Shown here one piece after another: positions 22,149 through 32,881 of a stretch of DNA of 64,000 bases. A program made the position numbers and the translations under genes. Numbering within the stretch: the stretch's first letter is position 1; the number at the start of each line of letters is the position of its first letter. The stretch is from an uncultured Hormoscilla sp. Its GTDB lineage: Bacteria > Cyanobacteriota > Cyanobacteriia > Cyanobacteriales > Desertifilaceae. The stretch spans positions 288,001-352,000 of the forward strand of contig OZ001293.3 in the NCBI GenBank assembly GCA_963921275.4. The letters run 5' to 3'. Below the pieces are notes generated by a model. That model was given only the letters and a program-made list of their open reading frames with translations. It was not told the origin of the DNA and made no database searches.

Positions 22149-24828
22149 AACTGGACAGTGCTTATTTATTTAGACGTATTCCATTAGAAATATAAAGATA
22201 AAAAGGAACAGAGGTAGGACAAAAAAACATTCCCGCAGGCGACGCCGCAGGAATGCTCTATACTGGTATAATTATTGATAATCAACCAGTATAAATTGAT
22301 TATGTCTATTCTATATCTCGTAGAGCAAATATTAAGCGAGCTACGAAAGCGTCTTTAGTAGGCAAGCGGCAAATGAGATGGTTCGTGCTGCTGATGTGGG
22401 GTGTTTTACTATGTTCAATGGCTCCAGCCGTGACAAGTTATTTGAACGCTGTCGGCCTGAGTGAATACTACTACCATCAAGCCAAACAGCTGGTTTCACT
22501 CACAGGCGTGGAGCGTGGTAAAGTTATCACAGACTTGGCAACAATGCTTGAGCAAGCATCCCAATTTACATCGGCTAAAGGGGAAACCAGTGTATGTGGG
22601 AGATGGCATCAAAATCAACAAGGAAGGACGGAAGATGCCAGCAGTTAAAACGCTGCACCAAGAGTCAGACAATACAAACAAAGCCGACTGGATTCGAGGC
22701 AGTGCGATTCGTTCCGGCATAAGCCAGTAGGTGAAAGTCGGGTCTGGCTCTATCAGCCAGATAACTCTGGTTATCATGGGGGTTAAATTCCCTTTCCCCA
22801 GGTACGGGGGTCGAGGGTACTACCGGTCGGAGGTGCTACGGAGCCACATCGCCGTGGTGCCTCCCGAGGACTTAAATGTAGGATAACTGGCAGCCTAAGC
22901 CGGTGACGCCGCTAGGAAAGATGCTAATGGTTAGAACAAGCGAACCTATGTAAACCTCGTTAACCAGAACCAGCGGAAGAAGGCTTATGCGCTTGCCCAA
23001 AAAGGGAAATGGTAGTTAGTATTAGCTCTTGCCTCTGGCTAATAACGTACTCAAAGAACTCCCGGGGTATAGTAGGAACCTAAAAGCATCGTGAAATGAT
23101 ACTAGGGAACGAAGTAACCTCTCGTGAGCTGTCCCCATTTGGACAAGTTAGATGTAAAGCGCAAGCCACGAAGAAGAAGGATGTCCTAAGAAGCTAACGC
23201 CCAGGGTAATGCCTGTGGATATGCAGACGTAGGACGGATATGGTAAGACACCCTTGGGAAAAGTAACCTTAATGTCACAGAACTAGGGAGAAATTCCGAA
23301 AGTACGAATTTTGGATTCAAATCTTAGCCAGGTAAAGTTCAGAGCCCTTACGAAAAGCGGAAAGCAGAATGGGGAAGATGTTAGTAAAGAGCGGCGAGTA
23401 TGGTTTGCTGAACTATCCTCCGCGAACCTTCCGCAGCTCAGTACTTAAACGGTCCAATAGGATTGACCATAAGGGGTAAAATTTCAAAGGGTAAGGGACA
23501 ACGGGGGTAACCCCCAGTAATCCTACTGATGACAACAGCTTACCAACCAGTAGCCGTGTGCGGTTCCAGTCGCTCTTCAGGTTTCGCTCTTGGAGGGTTG
23601 GGGAGTGATTCCCAGCTCGACCCCGACCATTACGAAGGGATGCTTATCTCTCCTATTGGGAGCGGCTGATGCTTTGGAAGCTGTGCCCATAGTTTTACGA
23701 ATCCATTCCGGGATTACAGCAGCACGAAGCACGAAGCACAGACAATTACCCTCGTAGATCGGATGGCCGCCAGTGCGCTTAGCCACCGAAGGTAGCTACG
23801 TTGTACTGGATGCGTTCTTTGCTGCCGGGAGCTTGATTGCCAAGTTCCGTGAAAACCAGTTACACCTGATTAGTCGTGTGCGGATCGCTTGCCGTTGGTA
23901 AACAGCCCTTGCCACCTCCTCCACCCAAGCGAGGACGCGGGAAACCACGCATATGGGGAGAGCTCCTACAGTTACGAAATCTGTTTACTGATACCTCGGA
24001 CTTTATCAGTTCCACAGTAGCACTCTACGGAAAGCAAGTAACAGTGAGCTACCGCAAAGCGTGACTTACATTATCGAAGTCCACAGCATTTAGTGCGGTT
24101 TGTATAGACTGTGCTACCCTGTGGTAAGCAAATGATTCTTCGATGTGCTCGAAGAGCGTGCTCCTAGCGCGAGCACATCGAATGTCAAAAGATATCACTC
24201 TATCCGGCATGGCTGCGCCCCCAGCGCAGCGCTATCGGAAGTTATTGAAGCTTATGGATGGCGGTTCTTTCTTGAGGTAACTTTCCGTACACTCCCAAAC
24301 GTTATTATGGGGTTTCAGCTATCGTTTCTGTTCGATATCTTTGCTCCTTGCTCTTGTCCCAGGGGACTCGGCACACAGGAGACATCGATGAAAAGTTTTC
24401 CCCCTACTCCACGGTGGCCTAAAAATATTATCCTCGATCAGTTCCCTGTAGAGGAGCGCCCACTTCTCAATCGTAAGATTGTCGCTATGGAGCGTTTTGT
24501 GAACCTTAACGCTGTGGGCTATGGCTGCGCCACGCTGCGCGATGGGAATTTGACAATTGCTAAGTGTGGAAATGTCAGTAGACAGAGGCGCGAGGTTTTC
24601 CCCATTGGTGGAGCACTCTGCCCAAACATGGCAACCCCACAGCAACTTATTGTCCGTCTTACTCTTCAAGATAGAGCTCGACATATTGAGCGTGAAATGT
24701 AGACCCGGCTTACTTTTGACTAAATTCATTTCTCTGCGGCCCCGACGAGTAGCAAAGCCTTTAACAGAGAGGATTGTCTGTTAACTTTCCTCGGCGCAAT
24801 CTCAGCTAGAACTTTTGACTGTCCAGTT
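22149..24828 (+). mobile_element. IS701/IS4-like transposase pseudogene interrupted by a group II intron
   Basis: YVGDGIKINKEGRKMPAVKTLHQES, YVVLDAFF, RGRGKPRIWG, Y.WRF.LEVTFR; short inverted ends aactggacagt / actgtccagtt (true termini uncertain). Confidence 0.7.
22702..23627 (+). ncRNA. ORF-less group II intron (degenerate domain V)
   Basis: 5' GTGCG; domain V-like agccgtgtgcgg...ggtt at about 23552-23583; domain VI ending ...cgaccccgAC; long blocks shared with the intron at 35186. Confidence 0.8.
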
Positions 24829-24990
24829 CGGTTATAATCGTTATGTTATTTCCGCCGTGCCCCGGCCAGATGAAAATGCAACTGATTTGTGCCCTGACCA
24901 CATGCTATAGACCTGTTGTCGGGATGGGAGCAGCCCATCTGACTAGATTGGCGATAAACTAAAAGGGGCGTGATGCAAGGCAGAGATTTT

Positions 24991-26502
24991 ATGGCAGTCC
25001 ACTCACAAAATCCAATCGAATTCGGCACCGATGGCTGGCGAGGCGTAATTGCCGCAGATTTCACATTCGATCGGGTAGCATTAGTCGCGCCCATAGCCGC
25101 TCAAGTGCTAGCCCAAGTTTATGGTGACACCGTCCCTAACAACACCGTTATCGTCGGTCACGACCGGCGCTTCATGGCCGAAGACTTTGCTCGCACGGCA
25201 GCTGAGGCAATTGCAGCGGCGGGGTTTGATGTCCTATTGACTGAGACCTATGCCCCCACGCCGGCTTTTAGCTGGGCCGCTAAGGAAAATAATGCCTTGG
25301 GGGCGATCGTCATCACGGCTTCTCACAATCCTGGAACATATTTGGGCTTAAAAGTCAAGGGGGCTTTTGGCGGATCGGTTCCCCCAGAAGTAACTAAACA
25401 GATTGAAGCTCGGTTGCACGAAGAACCACCAGTAGTTGCTCGACCTGGAACGATCGCCAAGTTCAATCCCTGGTCCAGTTACTGCGAAGTGCTAAAGTCA
25501 AAAGTAGACATTGGATTGCTCGAATCTGCCATTACGGAGGGGAAACTAACGGTGTTTGCGGATGTGATGCATGGTGCAGCTGCCGGTGGGCTAAGCCAGA
25601 TAATCGGGGCGCCAATTCGGGAAATAAATAGCGATCGGGATCCGCTGTTCGGTGGCGGTGCGCCGGAACCTCTACCCCGTTACCTGTCTGGGTTGTTTAG
25701 CTTGATGCAAAATCACGAGCGTGCGGTGTCTCCTGGGAGCGCTGCATGCGCTGCGCGCACGCAGCGCGATCGCACTACCCAGGAGACACCGCACGGAGAC
25801 TTAGTAGTAGGATTAGTATTTGATGGAGATTGCGATCGCATCGCTGCTGTAGATGGGCAAGGAAACTTTCTCAGTTCCCAGTTTTTAATCCCTATCCTCA
25901 TCGGACACCTAGCAGCAAGAAGGAGATTTACCGGGGAAGTAATCAAAACTATCAGCGGTTCTGACTTGATTCCCCGGGTAGCGAGTCTCTACGATCTGCC
26001 AGTACATGAGACAGCAATTGGTTTCAAATATATCGCCGATCGCATGTTATCAACCCAAGTCTTAATTGGCGGTGAAGAGTCTGGGGGCATAGGCTATAGC
26101 ACTCATATTCCCGAACGAGACGCCCTGTTGTCGGCCCTGTATGTGCTAGAAGCAGTCGGACAATCGGGTGAAGATTTGAGCGCTCTTTATCGCCAATTGC
26201 AGCAGGAAACGGGTTATACTTCCGCCTATGACCGGATTGACTTGCCTCTGGCCAGTATGGAAGTGCGATCGCGCATCTTTGCCCAACTGCAAGCCAACCC
26301 CTTAACGGAAATTGCAGGTAAATCTGTGGTAGATTGTAACGGAGTGGATGGCTACAAATTTCGCTTAGTAGATGGCAGCTGGCTGCTAGTACGCTTCAGT
26401 GGCACCGAACCCTTGCTGCGGTTATACTGTGAAGCAGCTACCCTCCCACAGGTACACCAAACTTTAGAATGGGCAAAAGTGTGGGTAAATTCGATCGGAT
26501 AA
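24991..26502 (+). CDS. Phosphoglucomutase/phosphomannomutase
   Basis: FGTDGWRG, ITASHNP, FDGDCDR, GGEESGG, RFSGTEP; in-frame hairpin insert at 25720-25795. Confidence 0.95.
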   Translation: MAVHSQNPIEFGTDGWRGVIAADFTFDRVALVAPIAAQVLAQVYGDTVPNNTVIVGHDRRFMAEDFARTAAEAIAAAGFDVLLTETYAPTPAFSWAAKENNALGAIVITASHNPGTYLGLKVKGAFGGSVPPEVTKQIEARLHEEPPVVARPGTIAKFNPWSSYCEVLKSKVDIGLLESAITEGKLTVFADVMHGAAAGGLSQIIGAPIREINSDRDPLFGGGAPEPLPRYLSGLFSLMQNHERAVSPGSAACAARTQRDRTTQETPHGDLVVGLVFDGDCDRIAAVDGQGNFLSSQFLIPILIGHLAARRRFTGEVIKTISGSDLIPRVASLYDLPVHETAIGFKYIADRMLSTQVLIGGEESGGIGYSTHIPERDALLSALYVLEAVGQSGEDLSALYRQLQQETGYTSAYDRIDLPLASMEVRSRIFAQLQANPLTEIAGKSVVDCNGVDGYKFRLVDGSWLLVRFSGTEPLLRLYCEAATLPQVHQTLEWAKVWVNSIG

Positions 26503-26515
26503 AAACAGTATAGTT

Positions 26516-27128
26516 ATGAGTGCCAAACCAGAGATTGACAGACTCACAAAAGTTTTGCTAATAGAGTGGCGATCGCTGCCCAATGCAGGGGGCATCTACC
26601 TAGCAATTGATGGAGCAGAACGAGTATGGTATGTAGAACAAGCTGCTGACATTCAGGAGCGATTTCAGTATCGCGATCGCCTGTTGCAGTTTCAGGATAA
26701 TGGCGTGACTCATATAAAGTGGAAAGAGTGCGAAGATGTCTGGGAACGCCAGCAGGTAGAGCAAGAGTTGATCGCCTACTACAATCCCCCATTAAACGAC
26801 GAACATCACCCCAACCGACTGCCAACAATTAACCTGGGGCTAACAGCAAGAAATCGATCGTTATGTGGAAATCAAGCAAATGCTGACAATGCTGAATAGG
26901 GAAATGAATGAGTTGAAGTATAACATTGTCTCGCGACTAGAATAACACGATGGCAAGCTGGAAACAGCAGCAGCAAAAATATCTCTGCAACGACGAAAAT
27001 ATTGGCAGTATTCTCCCGCCGTAGAGGAACTAAAGCAGCAACTCGCAGAACTCAAGAAACGAGAGGAGAAAGACGGGAAGACGATCTGCTCCCACGATAG
27101 CTTGTATCCAGTTGTACGGTTGTTATGA
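26516..27128 (+). pseudogene. GIY-YIG nuclease-like protein with coiled-coil tail, frameshifted
   Basis: LP..GGIY...VWYV.QA..I.ERF ... EQELI.YYNPPLN; continuation in another frame with an internal stop. Confidence 0.6.
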
Positions 27129-27166
27129 TTGATGTAAAATCGCTCAACTGGAAGCAAACCTTTTAA

Positions 27167-28179
27167 CCCACATTCCGCAGTCAGTGGAGCGAGGCTTTAG
27201 GTTTATGAAAGATACGATGTTTTTTACAGATAGTGTTTTTATAAAATCTCCCAAGCGGATTGAAGCTTTGGGTTTGATTATGGCTTTATCTTTGTTAGTA
27301 TATACAGTCGCTCAACAGCAAGTGAGGTTAAAACGGACGAATGAAGTTGTCAAAAATAAGTTAGGTAGTCCTACTTCTAGGCCAACTTTACGTTTTATAT
27401 TTCAATGTTTTCAGTCTATTCATATCTATAAACCACAGCGTTAAACGGATTTCAAATATTAATGAAGAGCGTTTACACTTGTTAAAATTCTTTCCTCCGG
27501 CATGTCAGCGGTACTATTTACTTATGTAAACCCTGTAAAAAAATGTTCAATAATAAGTCTTACTCAGGGTAATTTTACCTCTGAGTAGCTCTCTTATGAG
27601 CAATAAGAGGGCTTGAGGATCATAATTTTATATCAAGTAGGTTTGCTGTTGTTGATGGGTGTGGTCAAAAGTAGTTGATATCCTGGCCAAAAGGATTGCG
27701 CTGCGCGCACACGCTTCGCGTAGCGATCGACGCTGGCAGATTACATTGTAGCGCCCGTAATACTAAATTTTCGTGTTACGTGTAATCATAAATAATACAA
27801 AGCCAAGGGAGAGCCTTGATGATAGATTACATAGTAGCGCCCGTAATACTAACCTTTAGTGTTACGTGTAATCATAAATAATACAAAGCCAAGGGAGAGC
27901 CTTGATGATAGATTACATAGTAGCGCCCGTAATACTAACCTTTAGTGTTACGTGTAATCATAAATAATACAAAGCCAAGGGGGAGCCGCTTATCAACCGG
28001 TGAAATCGTCATAATTTTACTTTTTCTTTACCAACTGGTTTTGACCACACCCGTTGTTGATGGATATAAGTTTTTGGGTATTTTAAGGGACACAGTCGCG
28101 AGATTTTAATATATTAGTGAGTGTGTAAGAGTTGAGCATATGTATTATTATGTAGTACTATTGTCGTGCGGAATATGGG
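27167..28179 (+). mobile_element. Internally deleted IS1634-family element
   Basis: TIRs cccacattccgca / tgcggaatatggg; TSD ttttaa; VERGFRFMKD..FF.DSVFIKSPKRIEAL...RPTLRFIFQCF fragment. Confidence 0.85.
27657..28052. mobile_element. MITE with GGGTGTGGTCAAAA termini carrying 3 x 86-bp tandem repeat
   Basis: TIRs at both ends; 9-bp TSD gttgttgat; repeat units start at 27739, 27825, 27911. Confidence 0.88.
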
Positions 28180-28281
28180 TTTTAATGGCAGCTTGGCGAA
28201 TTGCTAATATTAATGAAAGATCGAGTCACAATTAACCATTCACAATTAACCATTCACAATTAACCATTCACAAAATCTCAA

Positions 28282-28857
28282 ATGACAGTATTAGTAGTTG
28301 CTACCGGCAATCCAGGTAAAGTCAAGGAAATGCAGGCATATTTGGCTGATTTGGGCTACAAATTGCAGCTCAAACCAAAGGATTTGGAAATAGAAGAGAC
28401 GGGCGATACCTTTATGGCCAATGCTTGCCTGAAAGCCTCTGGGGTAGCAAAGGCGACTGGCCAATGGGCGATCGCCGATGACTCGGGTTTAGCAGTAGAA
28501 GCCCTGAAGGGAGCTCCTGGCATTTATTCTGCCCGTTATGGTAGCACCGATGACGAGCGGATTAGCAGGTTGCTAAAGGAATTGTCAGATGCTACCAATC
28601 GTCGAGCCCAGTTTGTCTGCGCGATCGCGATCGCCCGTCCGGACGGTAAAATTGCCCTGCAATCTGAGGGCGTCTGTGATGGAGAAATTCTCCACCTTGG
28701 GCGTGGGACTAGCGGTTTCGGCTACGACCCAATTTTTTACCTGAAAGAGCAGCAGCTCACCTTTGCCGAAATGACCACTTCACAGAAGCAGCGCTACTCT
28801 CATCGCGGGAAAGCCTTGTCGGCGCTGCGGTCAAAGCTGCCGCTTTTAGATTACTAA
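28282..28857 (+). CDS. rdgB: dITP/XTP pyrophosphatase (Ham1 family)
   Basis: ATGNPGKVKE, ADDSGL, GAPGIYSARY, GFGYDPIF, SHRGKAL. Confidence 0.96.
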   Translation: MTVLVVATGNPGKVKEMQAYLADLGYKLQLKPKDLEIEETGDTFMANACLKASGVAKATGQWAIADDSGLAVEALKGAPGIYSARYGSTDDERISRLLKELSDATNRRAQFVCAIAIARPDGKIALQSEGVCDGEILHLGRGTSGFGYDPIFYLKEQQLTFAEMTTSQKQRYSHRGKALSALRSKLPLLDY

Positions 28858-28879
28858 GTCAGGGTCCCATCTGGAATCC

Positions 28880-29230
<351 letters not shown>

Positions 29231-29352
29231 TCAACTCAAACTTGTCCTGTAACTTTTTTTAGCATGGTGTTATTACCATCACTAGTCACTGACATTTATT
29301 CTCGTTCGCGTAGCGTGCGCGCAGCGCAATCCGTTACCAAAATTCCAATTCT

Positions 29353-29844
29353 TTAGCGCCGTTCTAAGAGGGGGCGGACAATCAAAAAGCTTGCAGCAAA
29401 GGCAAAGATGGCAATTAAAAAGATCGCGACAGCTAACCATATGCCACTCACCTCTGTTGCCCGGGAAGGCGGTTCCGGGCGACGATACCGACCCTCTTCC
29501 TGTTCGGCCAACAGAATTTTGTCCTTTGGTGCGGACGCTTCAGAGGGAACCGGTGCCACCACCGGTTCCCTTTTGAGTGCTATTGGCGGGCTAGTAACTG
29601 GTTCAAAGGAGTTAGCTACCTGTTGTAGGTAGATAACTGATTCGACAAGCTTTTGAATTTCCTGTCGCAACTGCTGATTTTGTCTGATTAACTGCTGATT
29701 TTCGGCTTTGAGTAACTCCACCGTTGTCTGGCTAGCTTGCATTTCTGTGGCTAACTCTCGGTAGACTGAAATCGGCACCGAAGGAGCGTAGTCAGCCGAT
29801 AGGTTTGGCGTTATTTGACTAGGTGCAGTCAGATTGTTGGACAT
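29353..29844 (-). CDS. Cyanobacterial coiled-coil protein with C-terminal TM anchor
   Basis: YAPSVPISVYRELA.E, coiled coil, C-terminal hydrophobic helix; start uncertain. Confidence 0.7.
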   Translation of the reverse strand: MSNNLTAPSQITPNLSADYAPSVPISVYRELATEMQASQTTVELLKAENQQLIRQNQQLRQEIQKLVESVIYLQQVANSFEPVTSPPIALKREPVVAPVPSEASAPKDKILLAEQEEGRYRRPEPPSRATEVSGIWLAVAIFLIAIFAFAASFLIVRPLLERR

Positions 29845-29919
29845 ATGCTGCTTACATAGTAAGGGATTGTTTATGGGACTCGATAATTTTTCTAGCACAA
29901 TTTTTGCAGTAGACGACCC

Positions 29920-30429
29920 ATGGATCGCAATATTGAATTAAAGCATCTATTATCCCATCGCAACAGTGCCATGAATAGCCCGACCAGACCGATAGATTCA
30001 GATCTCCAGGGCGATGCTGCTGCGCAGCAGCTGCGCGATCGCACCCTGGAGATAAAGTATGGCGAGCGCCAGATAGCCGCAGTCAAGTTGATTACCTTCG
30101 ACAATCCTCGCATCGGACGCCGCTATGATATCCACATTACCTTGCCAGAGTTTACTTGTAAATGTCCGTTTTCTGGCTATCCTGACTTTGCCACGATTTA
30201 TCTCACCTATGTGCCGGACGAGCTGGTGGTGGAGCTGAAGGCTCTGAAGCTCTATATTAACGGCTTTCGTGATCGCCACATCTCCCACGAAGAGGCAGTC
30301 AATCTGATCCTGGATGAATTCGTCGCGGCCTGCGACCCCCTAGAAGCCACCGTCAAGGCCGATTTTAACCCCCGGGGCAATGTTCATACGGTGATTGAGG
30401 TCCATCACAGTAAATCTACTGAGGACTAG
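29920..30429 (+). CDS. queF: PreQ0 reductase
   Basis: [36 protein letters not shown]; start may be 29971. Confidence 0.96.
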   Translation: MDRNIELKHLLSHRNSAMNSPTRPIDSDLQGDAAAQQLRDRTLEIKYGERQIAAVKLITFDNPRIGRRYDIHITLPEFTCKCPFSGYPDFATIYLTYVPDELVVELKALKLYINGFRDRHISHEEAVNLILDEFVAACDPLEATVKADFNPRGNVHTVIEVHHSKSTED

Positions 30430-31835
30430 CACTGTCTGGAGGATCCCTCGTTCCCTGGCTGCTCTCCTCTGCGGGATGCGCTGCCTGGGAACGCAAGCTG
30501 GTCCAAAATGGACATCAGTTCGCCCTCGAAGGCGACTTGGGCGCGGTTGGTTCTGCCACCCACGTAAAAGCGATCGCCCTGTTGCAGGGCCCAAACCTGG
30601 GAGTGAGAGACATAGCTCATCAGCACCCCCAGCATCAGCAGACCAAAGCCAGTATAAACGATCGGGATGCCCGGATCTGCTTTAATTTGCAAGCCAGTGC
30701 TGCCAATCACATCGATAATTTTCAGGGTAACGCCGTTGACTTCTAGAGACATGCCATTGCGGACCGTATTTAGCAGTTGACCAGCGTTATCATAAACCAG
30801 CATGGTTCCTTGTAAGTCTGCTGTCAACAGGACGACGCCAGCAGTTAACTCTGGTTTAGTGGGAATCCAAGTACCCCAGAGACGACCAACGCCTGAAGTA
30901 TCCAGCCGGGCCATCGGTAGTTGCAAGATGGGGCTGTTGTTGACTTGGATTTGGACAGCTGCAATTCCCCAATCTGCTTGATACAGTGTAACTCCCCGAT
31001 AACGCAGGGGCTTGTTAACGTGAATTGTCCTGTGTTCGACTTCCTCTCCCTGGGAGTCCAAGACTGACAGGTCCGAGTAAAATTGGTCGATCGCCCCTTC
31101 GGTAGTATAGTCAATCCAGAAGCGATTTACCCGCACTGACCAATCTTGGGGAATTTGCGATGGGGCCAAAGGACCGGCATCGACAATATGATCGATCTCA
31201 AAGGTTTCGCCACTGGGTATCATTTCCTGGGCCACAAAGCCTGTCATCTGGCCGACGATCGCCCCTGCTAGAATTATCAGCATACTAGCATGGACGATAA
31301 TGGGACCAATCTTGCCGACGATGCCTTTGCGGGCATAGAGGGAATCTTCTTCTCGGAAGATCCGATAACGAAGCTGTTGCAATAATGCTTCTAGGTCATC
31401 AAGGCGTACTGGATCTAATGACCTACTCAGGGCTAATTTTTCAAACTGGCTGGGTTTGTTGTAATATTTCCACCGTCGCGCTACTTTTAATGCGGGAAAT
31501 TGGCGGGTGAAGGTGCAGGCCGTCAGACTGCTGCCAAACAGAATGAGAAGGGATAAAAACCACCAGGTCCGATAGACATGGTCTAGTCCCAGCAAGAGGA
31601 TTACTTTCCAAGTTAGGAAGCCAAATAGGGCCGGATTTTCTGGATAGTTTTGCTGGTAAAATCCTAAGCTTTCCCCCTGTTCTATCACCGTCCCCGAAAT
31701 GCTGAATATGGCGATCGCCAGCAACAGGACGATCGCCAGTCGCAAGTCAGCCAGGACTGGCAATAACTCTTGCTTCAACCACTTCCGGGGTATTTCCCAC
31801 CATCTTTCATCTCTGGGCAAGTTTTCTGAAGTCAT
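30426..31835 (-). CDS. ccsB: Cytochrome c biogenesis protein CcsB/Ccs1
   Basis: [51 protein letters not shown]. Confidence 0.93.
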   Translation of the reverse strand: MTSENLPRDERWWEIPRKWLKQELLPVLADLRLAIVLLLAIAIFSISGTVIEQGESLGFYQQNYPENPALFGFLTWKVILLLGLDHVYRTWWFLSLLILFGSSLTACTFTRQFPALKVARRWKYYNKPSQFEKLALSRSLDPVRLDDLEALLQQLRYRIFREEDSLYARKGIVGKIGPIIVHASMLIILAGAIVGQMTGFVAQEMIPSGETFEIDHIVDAGPLAPSQIPQDWSVRVNRFWIDYTTEGAIDQFYSDLSVLDSQGEEVEHRTIHVNKPLRYRGVTLYQADWGIAAVQIQVNNSPILQLPMARLDTSGVGRLWGTWIPTKPELTAGVVLLTADLQGTMLVYDNAGQLLNTVRNGMSLEVNGVTLKIIDVIGSTGLQIKADPGIPIVYTGFGLLMLGVLMSYVSHSQVWALQQGDRFYVGGRTNRAQVAFEGELMSILDQLAFPGSASRRGEQPGNEGSSRQC

Positions 31836-31848
31836 TTGCTAATTGTTC

Positions 31849-31999
31849 ATTGAGAATTGTTCATCGATCTGTAGGGTGGGCATTGCCCACCTTATCGCTT
31901 TTTTTCCTATATTGAGAATTGTTCATCGATCCGTAGAGTAAGCATTGCCCGCCTTACTGTTCATCGATCCGTAGGGTGGGCATTGCCGACCTTACCGCT
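31849..31999. repeat. Cluster of GTAG-type REP repeats
   Basis: tgttcatcgatc(t/c)gtag(gg/ag)t..gcattgccc..ctta repeated three times. Confidence 0.75.
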
Positions 32000-32025
32000 T
32001 GTTTTTCCATGATAATTACCCATTT

Positions 32026-32763
32026 TTAAGTTGCTGGAATTAAGCGGAAGAGGAGGGAGAAAACGCCAAATCCTACCAATAATACCCCGCTAGCGGGTGT
32101 AATCCAACCGGACCAGCGCCGCAATTCTAACAGCTTTTTAATCGAGGCGGTGAAGGTTCCCGCTAAAACTAAGGGCCCGACGTAGCCAGCGGCGTAGGAT
32201 AGCAGCAATACCGTCCCCAGTATCGGGTTTTTGGTGGTGGAGATCCAAGCTAACAAGGTGGCTAATACGGGGGTACTGCAAGGAGAGGCTACTAGACCAA
32301 AGGTTAAACCCAGGAGATAGGATCGGACCCCTGGGGGCAAGTCTTTGGAAATCCATTCGGTGCCCCCAAAGGACGGTAGTTGCAGGGATAAGGCTTCTAG
32401 CAGATGCAACCCCATGACGATCGCGATCAGGCTAACGACGATCGGTAAGCCAATGCCGATTTGTCCGTAGACTTTACCCAGGACTGCTGCTATCATGCCC
32501 AAGCTAGCCAGAGTTGTGGCTAATCCTAGGGCAAACCAGGTAGACGCTTGCACAGCTTGGATACGACTTTTGGCTTCGTAGCCGCCGATGTAGCCGATGG
32601 CGATCGGCAGCATGGATAGCATACAGGGAGTGAGACTCGTGAGCAACCCGGCGGCGAATATGACGCCGATACTCAGCCAGCTGAGGTGTGTCAGTTGCTG
32701 GGAAACTAGGTTTTCTCCTAGTTGTTGCAGTTGGTACAGCCCGATCGATAGTTTTTCTAGCAT
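32026..32763 (-). CDS. ccdA: Cytochrome c biogenesis protein CcdA
   Basis: GLLTSLTPCMLSMLP and GLVASPCSTPVL motifs. Confidence 0.94.
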   Translation of the reverse strand: MLEKLSIGLYQLQQLGENLVSQQLTHLSWLSIGVIFAAGLLTSLTPCMLSMLPIAIGYIGGYEAKSRIQAVQASTWFALGLATTLASLGMIAAVLGKVYGQIGIGLPIVVSLIAIVMGLHLLEALSLQLPSFGGTEWISKDLPPGVRSYLLGLTFGLVASPCSTPVLATLLAWISTTKNPILGTVLLLSYAAGYVGPLVLAGTFTASIKKLLELRRWSGWITPASGVLLVGFGVFSLLFRLIPAT

Positions 32764-32881
32764 TTCCTGTCAGTTGTCAGTGGTCATTCGCGTCCGACGG
32801 GTGTCTGGCCTCGTCCGAGGCGTCCGACGGGTGTCTCGCCTGTGCGGAGATTGTTCGTTCTCAATTCTCAATTCCCAATTC

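Noticed and set aside
27739..27990. Possible CRISPR array or ncRNA array
   Set aside because: Whole 86-bp units are near-identical with no variable spacer; they are MITE cargo
29249..29262. NtcA box upstream of glnB
   Set aside because: Reads GTA-N8-TAG, not GTA-N8-TAC, and lies very close to the start codon
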